DNA from: Zootoca vivipara
Taxonomy: Eukaryota
Reading direction: 5' to 3'
NCBI RefSeq assembly: GCF_963506605.1
Contig: NC_083285.1
Span: forward strand, 7,874,001 to 7,938,000
Length of the DNA stretch: 64,000 bases
In this document: positions 59,601 through 64,000 of the stretch, piece by piece
How the letters are laid out: each line of letters begins with the position of its first letter
Position numbering within the stretch: position 1 is the first letter of the stretch
Notes under the pieces: model-generated
The model's input: only the letters and a program-made list of their open reading frames with translations
Databases searched by the model: none
What the model was told of the DNA's origin: nothing
Translations under genes and position numbers: made by a program

Positions 59601-59634
59601 GGACGGTCAGCGGAAGCCATTTCTTGGTGGGCAT
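5968..59634 (-). CDS. LAMB4: Laminin subunit beta-4, full gene span (34 coding exons, 5439 nt, 1812 aa): signal peptide, LN, LEa, LF, LEb, coiled coil with L-beta knob
   Basis: Exons assembled by hand with AG/GT(GC) boundaries and consistent phases; summed length is divisible by 3 with no internal stop. The C-terminus [46 protein letters not shown] and segments such as [18 protein letters not shown] and [14 protein letters not shown] match LAMB4 as I recall it rather than LAMB1/2/3. No YIGSR motif. Confidence 0.95.
6589..6841. mobile_element. Tc1/mariner (Tigger-like) MITE
   Basis: TA-CAGTGGTACCTTGGTTTA...TAAACCAAGGTACCACTG-TA. Confidence 0.9.
7114..7267 (-). CDS. LAMB4: LAMB4 coding exon 33 (coiled coil)
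   Basis: [15 protein letters not shown]...KMKRIA; 154 nt. Confidence 0.95.
7758..8413. mobile_element. Unclassified non-autonomous DNA transposon
   Basis: 15-bp TIR GGGTGATGACTTTTT...AAAAAGTCATCACCC; AT-rich interior. Confidence 0.7.
8992..9168 (-). CDS. LAMB4: LAMB4 coding exon 32 (coiled coil)
   Basis: [12 protein letters not shown]...QAVATNK; 177 nt. Confidence 0.93.
10156..10294 (-). CDS. LAMB4: LAMB4 coding exon 31 (coiled coil)
   Basis: [20 protein letters not shown]...TKTKIAK; 139 nt. Confidence 0.9.
10375..10410. repeat. (AC)n microsatellite
   Basis: Direct inspection. Confidence 0.97.
11133..11340 (-). CDS. LAMB4: LAMB4 coding exon 30 (coiled coil)
   Basis: [21 protein letters not shown]...LLVKAQEA; 208 nt. 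Confidence 0.94.
11459..11603 (-). CDS. LAMB4: LAMB4 coding exon 29 (coiled coil), GC donor
   Basis: [10 protein letters not shown]...KRMKNFLL; donor G|gcaagt; 145 nt. Confidence 0.92.
12157..12360 (-). CDS. LAMB4: LAMB4 coding exon 28 (L-beta knob)
   Basis: [38 protein letters not shown]; 204 nt. Confidence 0.96.
13434..14279 (+). mobile_element. BovB (RTE) LINE, 5'-truncated with inverted 5' segment
   Basis: 13434-13709 is a minus-strand RT piece ([15 protein letters not shown]...); 13710-14248 is the plus-strand 3' end ([10 protein letters not shown]...RTRLND); (AAC)n tail; TSD atgacttgttgg. Confidence 0.92.
14549..14754 (-). CDS. LAMB4: LAMB4 coding exon 27 (coiled coil)
   Basis: [11 protein letters not shown]...DIQHLNEK; 206 nt. 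Confidence 0.93.
15324..15630. mobile_element. hAT MITE (OC1/Charlie-like) with ~71-nt internal tandem duplication
   Basis: CAGGGGTC...GACCCCTG termini; perfect TSD gtgtacac. Confidence 0.88.
16390..16550 (-). CDS. LAMB4: LAMB4 coding exon 26 (coiled coil)
   Basis: [31 protein letters not shown]...HLQ; 161 nt; phases 2/1 fit. Confidence 0.9.
16748..17399. mobile_element. Tc1/mariner-type non-autonomous element with GC-rich minisatellite interior
   Basis: TA-CCGTGTTTCTCACATTTTAAGAC...GTCTTAAAATGTGAGAAACATGG-TA. Confidence 0.88.
17557..18008. mobile_element. Non-autonomous DNA element (TAGGGAT...ATCCCTA termini)
   Basis: Short TIRs; inverted homolog at ~58203-58707. Confidence 0.6.
18687..19060 (-). 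mobile_element. Sauria SINE (Squam1-type), near full length
   Basis: tRNA-like head (ggggattcgaacc B box on reverse) and acctttac tail. Confidence 0.9.
19456..19831 (-). CDS. LAMB4: LAMB4 coding exon 25 (last LE, start of coiled coil)
   Basis: CKCSKDGT...[23 protein letters not shown]...HDYI(R); 376 nt. Confidence 0.95.
19988..20222. mobile_element. Tc1/mariner MITE, right end truncated
   Basis: Homolog of 32494-32711. Confidence 0.8.
21093..21115. repeat. (ACT)n microsatellite beside the exon 24 donor
   Basis: Direct inspection. Confidence 0.9.
21126..21222 (-). CDS. LAMB4: LAMB4 coding exon 24 (LE)
   Basis: [32 protein letters not shown]; 97 nt. Confidence 0.95.
21789..22240. mobile_element. 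hAT MITE (OC1/Charlie-like) with GC-rich interior
   Basis: CAGGGGTCAGCAAAC start; TSD gcttaatt/gtttaatt; homolog of 49608-50194. Confidence 0.85.
22634..22854 (-). CDS. LAMB4: LAMB4 coding exon 23 (LE), GC donor
   Basis: [14 protein letters not shown]...NNLCDQ; donor CAG|gcaagg; 221 nt. Confidence 0.92.
22937..23072. mobile_element. Palindromic hAT MITE
   Basis: CAGGCATCCCCAAACT...AGTTTGGGGATGCCTG; perfect TSD ccttaggt. Confidence 0.92.
24099..24323 (-). CDS. LAMB4: LAMB4 coding exon 22 (LE)
   Basis: [15 protein letters not shown]...CNNNID...GSALLQNCR; 225 nt. Confidence 0.95.
25102..25259 (-). CDS. LAMB4: LAMB4 coding exon 21 (LE)
   Basis: [21 protein letters not shown]...CNCLVGYS; 158 nt. 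Confidence 0.95.
25290..25515 (+). mobile_element. CR1-tail/SINE 3' fragment
   Basis: gggcatctggttggccacggtg...ggactacatggccc...cttcttacgttctta; related pieces at ~5400-5487, 6428-6510 and 48120-48214. Confidence 0.55.
25830..26520 (+). mobile_element. L2 LINE 3' fragment
   Basis: [44 protein letters not shown]; (AAAT)n tail. Confidence 0.88.
26743..26974 (-). CDS. LAMB4: LAMB4 coding exon 20 (LE)
   Basis: [20 protein letters not shown]...GANCE(R); 232 nt. Confidence 0.95.
27386..27529 (-). CDS. LAMB4: LAMB4 coding exon 19 (LE)
   Basis: [34 protein letters not shown]; 144 nt. Confidence 0.95.
28369..28546 (-). CDS. LAMB4: LAMB4 coding exon 18 (end of LF)
   Basis: [14 protein letters not shown]...[18 protein letters not shown]; 178 nt. 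Confidence 0.95.
28912..30415 (+). mobile_element. L1 LINE, 5'-truncated (ORF2 C-terminus plus 3' UTR)
   Basis: ORF2 Cys-rich end [17 protein letters not shown] (premature TAG at 29701); AATAAA near 30398; 17-bp TSD agaaaatgtgataaaac at 28895 and 30416. Confidence 0.92.
30469..30589 (-). CDS. LAMB4: LAMB4 coding exon 17 (LF)
   Basis: [22 protein letters not shown]...ILIDS; 121 nt. Confidence 0.94.
30814..30935 (-). CDS. LAMB4: LAMB4 coding exon 16 (LF)
   Basis: [40 protein letters not shown](R); 122 nt. Confidence 0.9.
31458..31643 (-). CDS. LAMB4: LAMB4 coding exon 15 (LF)
   Basis: [14 protein letters not shown]...[10 protein letters not shown]...IRYEPE; 186 nt. Confidence 0.94.
32494..32711. 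mobile_element. Tc1/mariner MITE
   Basis: TA-CAGTCATACCTTG...CAAGGTATGACTG-TA. Confidence 0.88.
33392..33523 (-). CDS. LAMB4: LAMB4 coding exon 14, extra symmetric exon with polybasic insert
   Basis: ttataag|GTT...CAG|gtaaca; 132 nt, phase 0/0, open: [44 protein letters not shown]; both flanking exons are phase 0; absent from the ORF track in this frame. Confidence 0.8.
33945..34520 (+). mobile_element. L2 LINE 3' fragment with (TAAC)n tail
   Basis: Homologous to 25960-26340. Confidence 0.8.
34735..35121 (-). mobile_element. Sauria SINE (Squam1-type), full length
   Basis: Reverse strand begins gggacgcgggtgacgctgtggtctaaacc; (acctt t)n tail. Confidence 0.92.
35162..35312 (-). CDS. LAMB4: LAMB4 coding exon 13 (LE5 to start of LF)
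   Basis: [50 protein letters not shown]; 151 nt. Confidence 0.95.
35602..35681 (-). CDS. LAMB4: LAMB4 coding exon 12 (LE)
   Basis: [26 protein letters not shown]; 80 nt. Confidence 0.94.
36290..36399 (-). CDS. LAMB4: LAMB4 coding exon 11 (LE)
   Basis: [36 protein letters not shown]; donor CCT|gtaggt (alternative donor 4 nt further); 110 nt. Confidence 0.92.
36500..37200 (-). mobile_element. L2 LINE 3' fragment with internal deletion
   Basis: [12 protein letters not shown]...[15 protein letters not shown]; [15 protein letters not shown]; AAT-rich tail. Confidence 0.88.
37889..38068 (-). CDS. LAMB4: LAMB4 coding exon 10 (LE)
   Basis: [15 protein letters not shown]...DPLGCQ; 180 nt. Confidence 0.96.
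39235..39423 (-). CDS. LAMB4: LAMB4 coding exon 9 (LE)
   Basis: [17 protein letters not shown]...DPHACI; 189 nt. Confidence 0.96.
39711..39831 (-). CDS. LAMB4: LAMB4 coding exon 8 (LE)
   Basis: [40 protein letters not shown]; 121 nt. Confidence 0.95.
39936..40084 (+). mobile_element. tRNA-derived SINE with CR1-type 3' tail
   Basis: A box TAGCTCAGTTGG, B box GGTTCGATCCC, then gggttggactagatgatcctc...ttccaactctatgattc. Confidence 0.85.
40177..40418. mobile_element. Tc1/mariner (Tigger-like) MITE
   Basis: TA-CAGTGGTACCTCTAC...GTAGAGGTATCACTG-TA. Confidence 0.9.
41195..41425 (+). mobile_element. Penelope-like element terminal (pLTR) fragment
   Basis: ctgacgaagtgtgcatgcacacgaaagctcatac...aataaa...cagaccaacacggctac, the layout I recall for reptile PLE ends; left boundary approximate. 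Confidence 0.75.
41321..41358 (+). ncRNA. Minimal type I hammerhead ribozyme motif (PLE-type)
   Basis: Stem I GUAU/AUAC; CUGACGA(A) core; palindromic stem II GUGUGCAUGCACAC; GAAA; palindromic AGCU stem III; CUC cleavage triplet. Confidence 0.75.
41775..42109. mobile_element. hAT MITE (CATAGCTGCCAAG termini) with internal direct and inverted repeats
   Basis: Perfect 8-bp TSD caactgaa. Confidence 0.88.
43491..43705 (-). CDS. LAMB4: LAMB4 coding exon 7 (end of LN, start of LE1)
   Basis: [15 protein letters not shown]...[22 protein letters not shown]; 215 nt. Confidence 0.96.
44659..44722 (-). CDS. LAMB4: LAMB4 coding exon 6 (LN)
   Basis: [21 protein letters not shown]; 64 nt. Confidence 0.95.
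44784..45067. mobile_element. Tc1/mariner (Tigger-like) MITE
   Basis: TA-CAGTGGTGCCTCGCT...AGCGAGGCACCACTG-TA. Confidence 0.9.
45161..45349 (-). CDS. LAMB4: LAMB4 coding exon 5 (LN)
   Basis: [19 protein letters not shown]...[15 protein letters not shown]; 189 nt. Confidence 0.96.
45488..45541. repeat. (AAT)n microsatellite
   Basis: Direct inspection. Confidence 0.97.
45951..46139. repeat. Local ~85-nt tandem duplication
   Basis: taattttctttgttgaata...gcgatgccggatt at 45951-46037 and 46058-46139. Confidence 0.9.
46316..46998. mobile_element. hAT non-autonomous element, Myotis hAT1-like ends, left TIR truncated
   Basis: gcaaccttttgagcttggtgtgtcaaaattcgcc...tgacacgcgtgtcctaaattcgccatcactg; right flank gcctagac. 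Confidence 0.75.
47040..47530 (-). mobile_element. Degraded L2 RT fragment
   Basis: [10 protein letters not shown] motif on the minus strand. Confidence 0.7.
47964..48037 (-). CDS. LAMB4: LAMB4 coding exon 4 (LN)
   Basis: [25 protein letters not shown]; 74 nt. Confidence 0.95.
48215..48304. mobile_element. 90-bp hAT MITE (CATAGCTG termini)
   Basis: Perfect TSD atgggaag; inverted twin at 49030-49120. Confidence 0.88.
48408..48629. mobile_element. Tc1/mariner (Tigger-like) MITE
   Basis: TA-CAGTGGTACCT...AGGTACCACTG-TA. Confidence 0.9.
49030..49120. mobile_element. 91-bp hAT MITE (CATAGCTGCCAAG termini)
   Basis: Perfect TSD gtcagagc. Confidence 0.88.
49608..50194. mobile_element. hAT MITE (OC1/Charlie-like) with GC-rich interior
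   Basis: CAGGGGTTGGCAA...TTGCCGACCCCTG; perfect TSD ctctaggt. Confidence 0.9.
50585..50820 (-). mobile_element. (AT)n tract abutting a probable L1 3' UTR fragment
   Basis: (AT)n at 50585-50624; adjacent gacttccttccccctc motif resembles the reverse of the L1 3' UTRs at ~30240 and ~61495. Confidence 0.55.
51399..51531 (-). CDS. LAMB4: LAMB4 coding exon 3 (LN)
   Basis: [16 protein letters not shown]...RKKWWQSEN; ag/gtgagt; 133 nt. Confidence 0.95.
52541..53772 (-). mobile_element. 1.2-kb non-autonomous L1-mobilised retroposon
   Basis: 12-bp TSD cggcaaaattta (52529, 53773); poly(A) tail and AATAAA on minus; CpG-rich 5' end GTTCCGGTTTCCGCC...ATGGCGG; no long ORF. Confidence 0.8.
54724..54916 (+). 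mobile_element. BovB 3' fragment
   Basis: [18 protein letters not shown]...RLND; (CAA)n tail; TSD aggtttg(t/c)tcttt. Confidence 0.92.
55834..55994 (-). CDS. LAMB4: LAMB4 coding exon 2 (start of LN domain)
   Basis: [32 protein letters not shown]; ag/gtgagt; 161 nt. Confidence 0.92.
56445..56630 (+). mobile_element. CR1 LINE 3' end
   Basis: gagctgttcggcagtggaacagactccc...ttggaggtttttaagcagag...tccaactttatgattctatg. Confidence 0.82.
56787..57068. mobile_element. Tc1/mariner MITE (CCGTATTTT termini)
   Basis: TA-CCGTATTTTT...GAAAATGCGG-TA. Confidence 0.8.
58203..58707. mobile_element. Non-autonomous DNA element, inverted homolog of 17557-18008
   Basis: Shared gaaatgtggagaactg / cagctctctacatttcc blocks; CATCCCTAG end. 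Confidence 0.6.
59589..59634 (-). CDS. LAMB4: LAMB4 coding exon 1 (start of signal peptide [15 protein letters not shown]); exon incl. UTR 59589-59699
   Basis: TACTAAC branch point plus ttttccattgcag acceptor at 59700; ATG with A at -3; T|gtaagt phase-1 donor joins exon 2 to give [28 protein letters not shown]. Confidence 0.8.
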
Positions 59635-59949
59635 CTTTCAGATCTAGACCGTTGTCCTTGTGACGTCCCCCTTTGCCTGAACGTCGGTGGTGGTGGGACC
59701 TGCAATGGAAAATGTTAGTATGTTTAAGGCTTCCCAACATTATCATCATGTGTTCAAAATCAGCGCTACTTTTCTAGAAAAAGCGGTTCCGGAACTCACC
59801 ATGAACGCCTCCCTCGTTCTCTTAAAATGGCAATGGCGCCCACCTGAGAAGTGCCGGAACCGAGTTCTGTTCCATCCCAGTGCTCTGTCTATTTTAATTC
59901 CCCCCCCACCTCTTTTTGCTGCTATTACCAAAATTGGTAGCCTCTAAGA

Positions 59950-60086
59950 CAGGCATCCCCAAACTTCGGCCCTCCAGATGTTTTGGACTACAACTCCCAT
60001 CTTCCCCGACCACTGGTCCTGTTAACTAAGGATCATGGGAGTTGTAGGTCAAAGTATCTGGAGGGCCGCAGTTTGTGGGGTGCCTG
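59950..60086. mobile_element. Palindromic hAT MITE
   Basis: Near-identical to 22937-23072; TSD ctctaaga/ctctagga. Confidence 0.9.
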
Positions 60087-61199
60087 CTCTAGGAGGACCA
60101 GAAAAAATTGCTTGGGTCCTCAAACTGGGAGTTAGCAGCTGTTTAAATGACAGTACCGGTAATTATTATTTCTGTTTTAAATGATAGCAAATGTATAAAT
60201 GTGTGTACAGTAAACATACAGATTAATTTTATGCAGATTTATGTTTATGCCTGAAATCTTCTAAGTACCTAGCTAAACTGCTGCTCGACAGTCAGCCCCA
60301 CTGAGTTCAATGGAGCTTACTCCCAGGAAAGTGTAAGATATAGGAGCTGGGTTAGTACGTTGATTTTGTGCCTGCAAATTCTTTTGTCATCTGCTTTGAG
60401 GTTTTCTAAAATCAAGCGGTGTATAAATTTTAGGACATAAATAGAAATAGGTAATAATAGCTCATCTAAAAGATGTAAATATGAATTGGACATCATGTTT
60501 AGTTTGGCTCACATTTATTCAGCTCCACACTGTCACTGCTTTTTCTCCCATAGAGGTTTATATTGCATGGATATAGATGGATTTCTGCACTGTTGGAAAG
60601 GGAGCTCTTTTGCACACACAAACAATGAGCCATGTGGCCCAGAAGTTATCCCTGGAAGTCTCACGGAGCTTGTACATTGTAATTACTCAAATGTCTGCCC
60701 CACCCTTCCTAAGCAAGCCTGCGGCTGCCATCCAAGACAATTAAAAGCATTACAAAACTTTAAAACACTTAAAAACACATTTTAACACAGCAATATTATC
60801 CAAGGGCAGCGGTTCTAAGCTAGCAGGGAACCCATGGAAACTGGGTGAACAGAAATGTATTCAGGTGCCTGAGATGGGGACAAACACAGCTCACCAGGGA
60901 GGAAGTCCCATCATTGGGGTCTCACCACGGAGAAGGCCCTGCTGTGGGTCACAGCTCCCTAGGCAACATCCATTAGGCACATTACTAGTGGATGCCGTGG
61001 CCATTGGTGGCATGTCACATGACATTTCACACAATGACACCAAATCACTTGTCTCGCCACTTACAAATATAACCGTGAACCCAAGGAAGAGGCTAGTTCT
61101 TTCAACATGCAGCTCTCTTCAATTTAATAGTAAAATAGCCTTATTATTTAATCTTACTAGAAAATCATCCCATTCTAGGCATGAAAGTGTTCAAGGATC

Positions 61200-61581
61200 T
61201 GGTCCCAACTAAAGAGGCTTGGCAACTTAAGTTGGCAGAATATGCACAACTTGCAGATTTAACATATAGACGAGAGCAAGAAGAACATATGTTTAAAGAA
61301 GACTGGAAAACATTTATTGAGTACAGTATATGGAAAATGACTGTGTACAGCTGAAAACGCTGGCAGCAGCATTAAGATCAATTCAACAGAGTAAAGAATT
61401 CTTGACGGATGTAAAAGTGGAAAATTGATTTGAATGGTTATACTAAAATATGCAAGGATGTAGGATATGTAAAACGAACCATGTAAAGAAAAGGAGGGAA
61501 GTCATTGGATATTTTAAAGTTTGTAAAATGCTTATTTGAAACTGTAAAGCAGAAAATTTAATAAAAATTATTATAAGAAAA
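61200..61581 (+). mobile_element. L1 3' end fragment
   Basis: End of ORF2 (FKEDWKTFIEY), AATAAA, 17-bp TSD gaaagtgttcaa(g/a)gatc. Confidence 0.82.
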
Positions 61582-61874
61582 GAAAGTGTTCAAAGATCGC
61601 TCAGAAGCAGAATGGGTGTCAATAAATTTCAAGCGAGGGAAACAAATCCACACACAAAATATTCATTATTGTATATTGAAACAAATGGAGGAATTGTTCT
61701 GATGGGGAACCATGCAAATGCTTGAGGGTCTCAAGCCGAGAACTGATAGATGAATCAGGATGGCAATACTAAAGGAAAAGCAGTGCTATTAATTACAGTG
61801 ATACAATGCTTCCGGATCACACAAATAGAAAAATGCAAAATGACCACTGTCAAAGTCGCATGTGATGGATAGCA

Positions 61875-62119
61875 GAAGAAGAGGAGTTTGGATTTGATAT
61901 CCCGCTTTATCACTACCCTAAGGAGTCTCAAAGCGGCTAACATTCTCCTTTCCCCTCCTCGCCCACAACAAACACTCTGTGAGGTGAGTGGGGCTGAGAG
62001 ACTTCAGAGAAGTGTGACTAGCCCAAGGTCACCCAGCAGCTGCATGTGGAGGAGCGGAGACTCGAACCCGGTTCCCCAGATTATGAGTCTACCGCTCTTA
62101 ACCACTACACCACACAGGC
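61875..62119 (-). mobile_element. tRNA-derived SINE (Squam3-like)
   Basis: Reverse strand has A box gtggtgtagtgg, B box gggttcgagtc, CORE-like gggtgaccttgggctagtcac and CTT tail. Confidence 0.85.
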
Positions 62120-62507
62120 ATTTCTAAGTGAACTCCAGCTTCTTCTGCAAGTTATGTACGGTAGCTCTTGGGAACTCCTGGCACATTAATAAACAGGTTA
62201 ACTTTGTTCAAAAGGAAGCAAAAGATTCTTCCAGGAAACGTACTTTTCAGTGGAAAGAAATAAGGACCACCACAAGAAAATATTTATTTATTTATTTATT
62301 TTGCATCCTTGCTCAAATAAGTGCACAGGATGGGTGCTAAGAATATAATACTTTCTTCCAATGTTTCTTTTATTTTTCTTTGTGGTGGCAAGAAAAGTAT
62401 TAAAAGAAAACATGAGAACTTTATACACTACTAGACTTTTCACTATCACAAAACCACTGAGCACTAATGGTAAAATTGCATTCGACAAAATAATGAGATC
62501 TCTACAA

Positions 62508-62685
62508 CACTTATCTTCAGCTGGTGGGTCAGAACCCACAAGTGGATCTTGGCCTGATGCAAAGTGGATCACGACAGAAACACTACTCACCATGCAAAGA
62601 TATGGTAAAAGTTTAAGAAACGGGTCCCCAAATGCATGTTTGGGTTAAAAGTGGGTTTGGGGTCTGAAAAGGTTGAAGACACCTG
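62508..62685. mobile_element. hAT (Charlie-like) MITE
   Basis: Perfect TSD ctctacaa; degenerate CAGGTGTCTTCAACC TIR. Confidence 0.8.
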
Positions 62686-63116
62686 CTCTACAAGATTTAA
62701 GTTTTGAATCATTTTGGTTGAAGAGTCCTCATAGCACCATTTCTAAAGGAAGTTTACAGCTGTTGTGGCTAGTAATATTGAAACATAGCAAAGGTTCCCC
62801 TCATAAGCTGGAAATCCAAAGTAAGTAAGACCTGACACTTTGTGCAGGACCACAACTGAACAACGTGGCAACGTTAGAAAGCTTGGTATGTCAGCTGTAA
62901 CAAGAAGTTTCTGCTATCTCGCTATCTTAAGCTGACATTTGACATTAAGATTCTTGTACGTCTAACAATACTTAGAATACAGCACAAGCTGGTGGCCGTC
63001 AAAGAGTTCTCTCTCCTTATAGGAGAAGCTAGCTTAGCTGGCGTAATGCAGATATCAGCAGACATCCCATATTCCAACAACTCGGGAAGAACATTGAAGC
63101 TTATAAAATGTCTTAC

Positions 63117-63199
63117 CTGGTCTTTGAATTATAAGCGATTGCAGAAACAGGTACAGCAAAATGAAGGCAGGGAAGGAAAGTCTTAAGTCTCAGATAGAG
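63117..63199 (-). other. LAMB4: Probable non-coding 5'-UTR exon of LAMB4
   Basis: ttttctttcttttag acceptor, 83 nt without ATG, strong CAG|gtaaga donor; non-repetitive and upstream of the ATG exon. Confidence 0.55.
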
Positions 63200-63743
63200 C
63201 TAAAAGAAAGAAAAGTGTTTTCCCCTCAGGCACCTGGGTGTAGATGAAAATGAGAGCTAGCCTAAAACCTGCCAAAGAGGTGATTTGTTAAGCTATCCTG
63301 CCTGGATTTTTTTTTTGGCAAAAGCAGATGCATGTATTGGAGACGGCATCAGATTCATCTGTAGGTAAAGTGGGGGGGGGGTGTCATTACTTTCACTTAG
63401 TTACAGAAGTAATTAGGGGGAAACACTACTGAAGCATGTGAATTAAGGTTTTCAGAACAGCACTAATAAATTTATAGCATATCATTCGCTAACAGCCTCG
63501 AACCCGGCATTGCTCATGAAACACCCCAAAAATATGTTTTGAAATCAGTGGTTAAAATCAGAGCACCCTGAAAGGTTCAGACCGTCATTGTGACTCAAAA
63601 CGGCATCTATTTGACACAGATTAAAATCTGCTCCTTGATCTCAGGAATCATGATGCAAACTTTGGTTACCATCTCTTTAAGAGGTGTCCAAATGCTTAGC
63701 GAACAAACAAAAAGCTTTCCAAAACCTATAGTAGATATGCATC

Positions 63744-64000
63744 TGTTGTTGTTTAGTCGTTTAGTCGTGTCCGACTCCTCGTGACCCCATGGACCATAGC
63801 ACGCCAGGCACTCCTGTCCCGCACTGCCTCCCGCAGCTTGGTCAAACTCATGCTCGTAGCTTCGAGAACACTGTCCAACCATCTTGTCCTCTGTCGTCCC
63901 CTTCTCCTAGTGCCCTCAATCTTTCCCAACATCAGGGTCTTTTCCAAAGATTCTTCTCTTCTCATGAGGTGGCCAAAGTATTGGAGCCTCAGCTTCACAA
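63744..64000 (-). mobile_element. BovB 3' portion (runs to window edge)
   Basis: [28 protein letters not shown]...RTRLND; (CAA)n tail. Confidence 0.92.

Noticed and set aside
5968-59634. Identity as LAMB1, LAMB2 or LAMB3
   Set aside because: GYSGDR in place of YIGSR; the LF domain is present (unlike LAMB3); coiled-coil and C-terminal sequences fit LAMB4.
4338-61328. Window-wide excess of TACAGTA/TACTGTA
   Set aside because: My rough count is near chance expectation for an AT-rich 7-mer; only the internally controlled case at 45968 is reported.
63320-63445. p63-like CATG half-sites near the putative promoter
   Set aside because: Isolated, poor matches to RRRCWWGYYY with no paired site.

Overview
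Vertebrate genomic DNA from a squamate reptile. The Sauria/Squam-type SINEs and BovB copies suggest a lacertid lizard (recognised from memory, not searched). The window holds one complete protein-coding gene on the minus strand, laminin subunit beta-4 (LAMB4). I assembled 34 coding exons by hand from ATG 59634 to TAA 5968: 5439 nt, 1812 aa, all phases compatible, no stops or frameshifts. A probable non-coding 5' exon lies at 63117-63199. Notable gene features are an extra 132-nt phase-0/0 exon (33392-33523) with a lone Cys and a polybasic [10 protein letters not shown] stretch that my recollection of human LAMB4 lacks, two GC-AG introns, and Gly at the position of the polymerisation residue beta1-Ser68. 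Introns are dense in mobile DNA: BovB (one copy 5'-inverted), L1, L2, CR1, tRNA-derived SINEs, a Penelope-like fragment carrying a minimal hammerhead ribozyme, a 1.2-kb non-coding L1-mobilised retroposon, Tc1/mariner MITEs with apparent excision footprints, and hAT MITEs with 8-bp TSDs. No CRISPR, rRNA or true tRNA gene is seen. Repeat family names are memory-based and need Dfam/Repbase confirmation.
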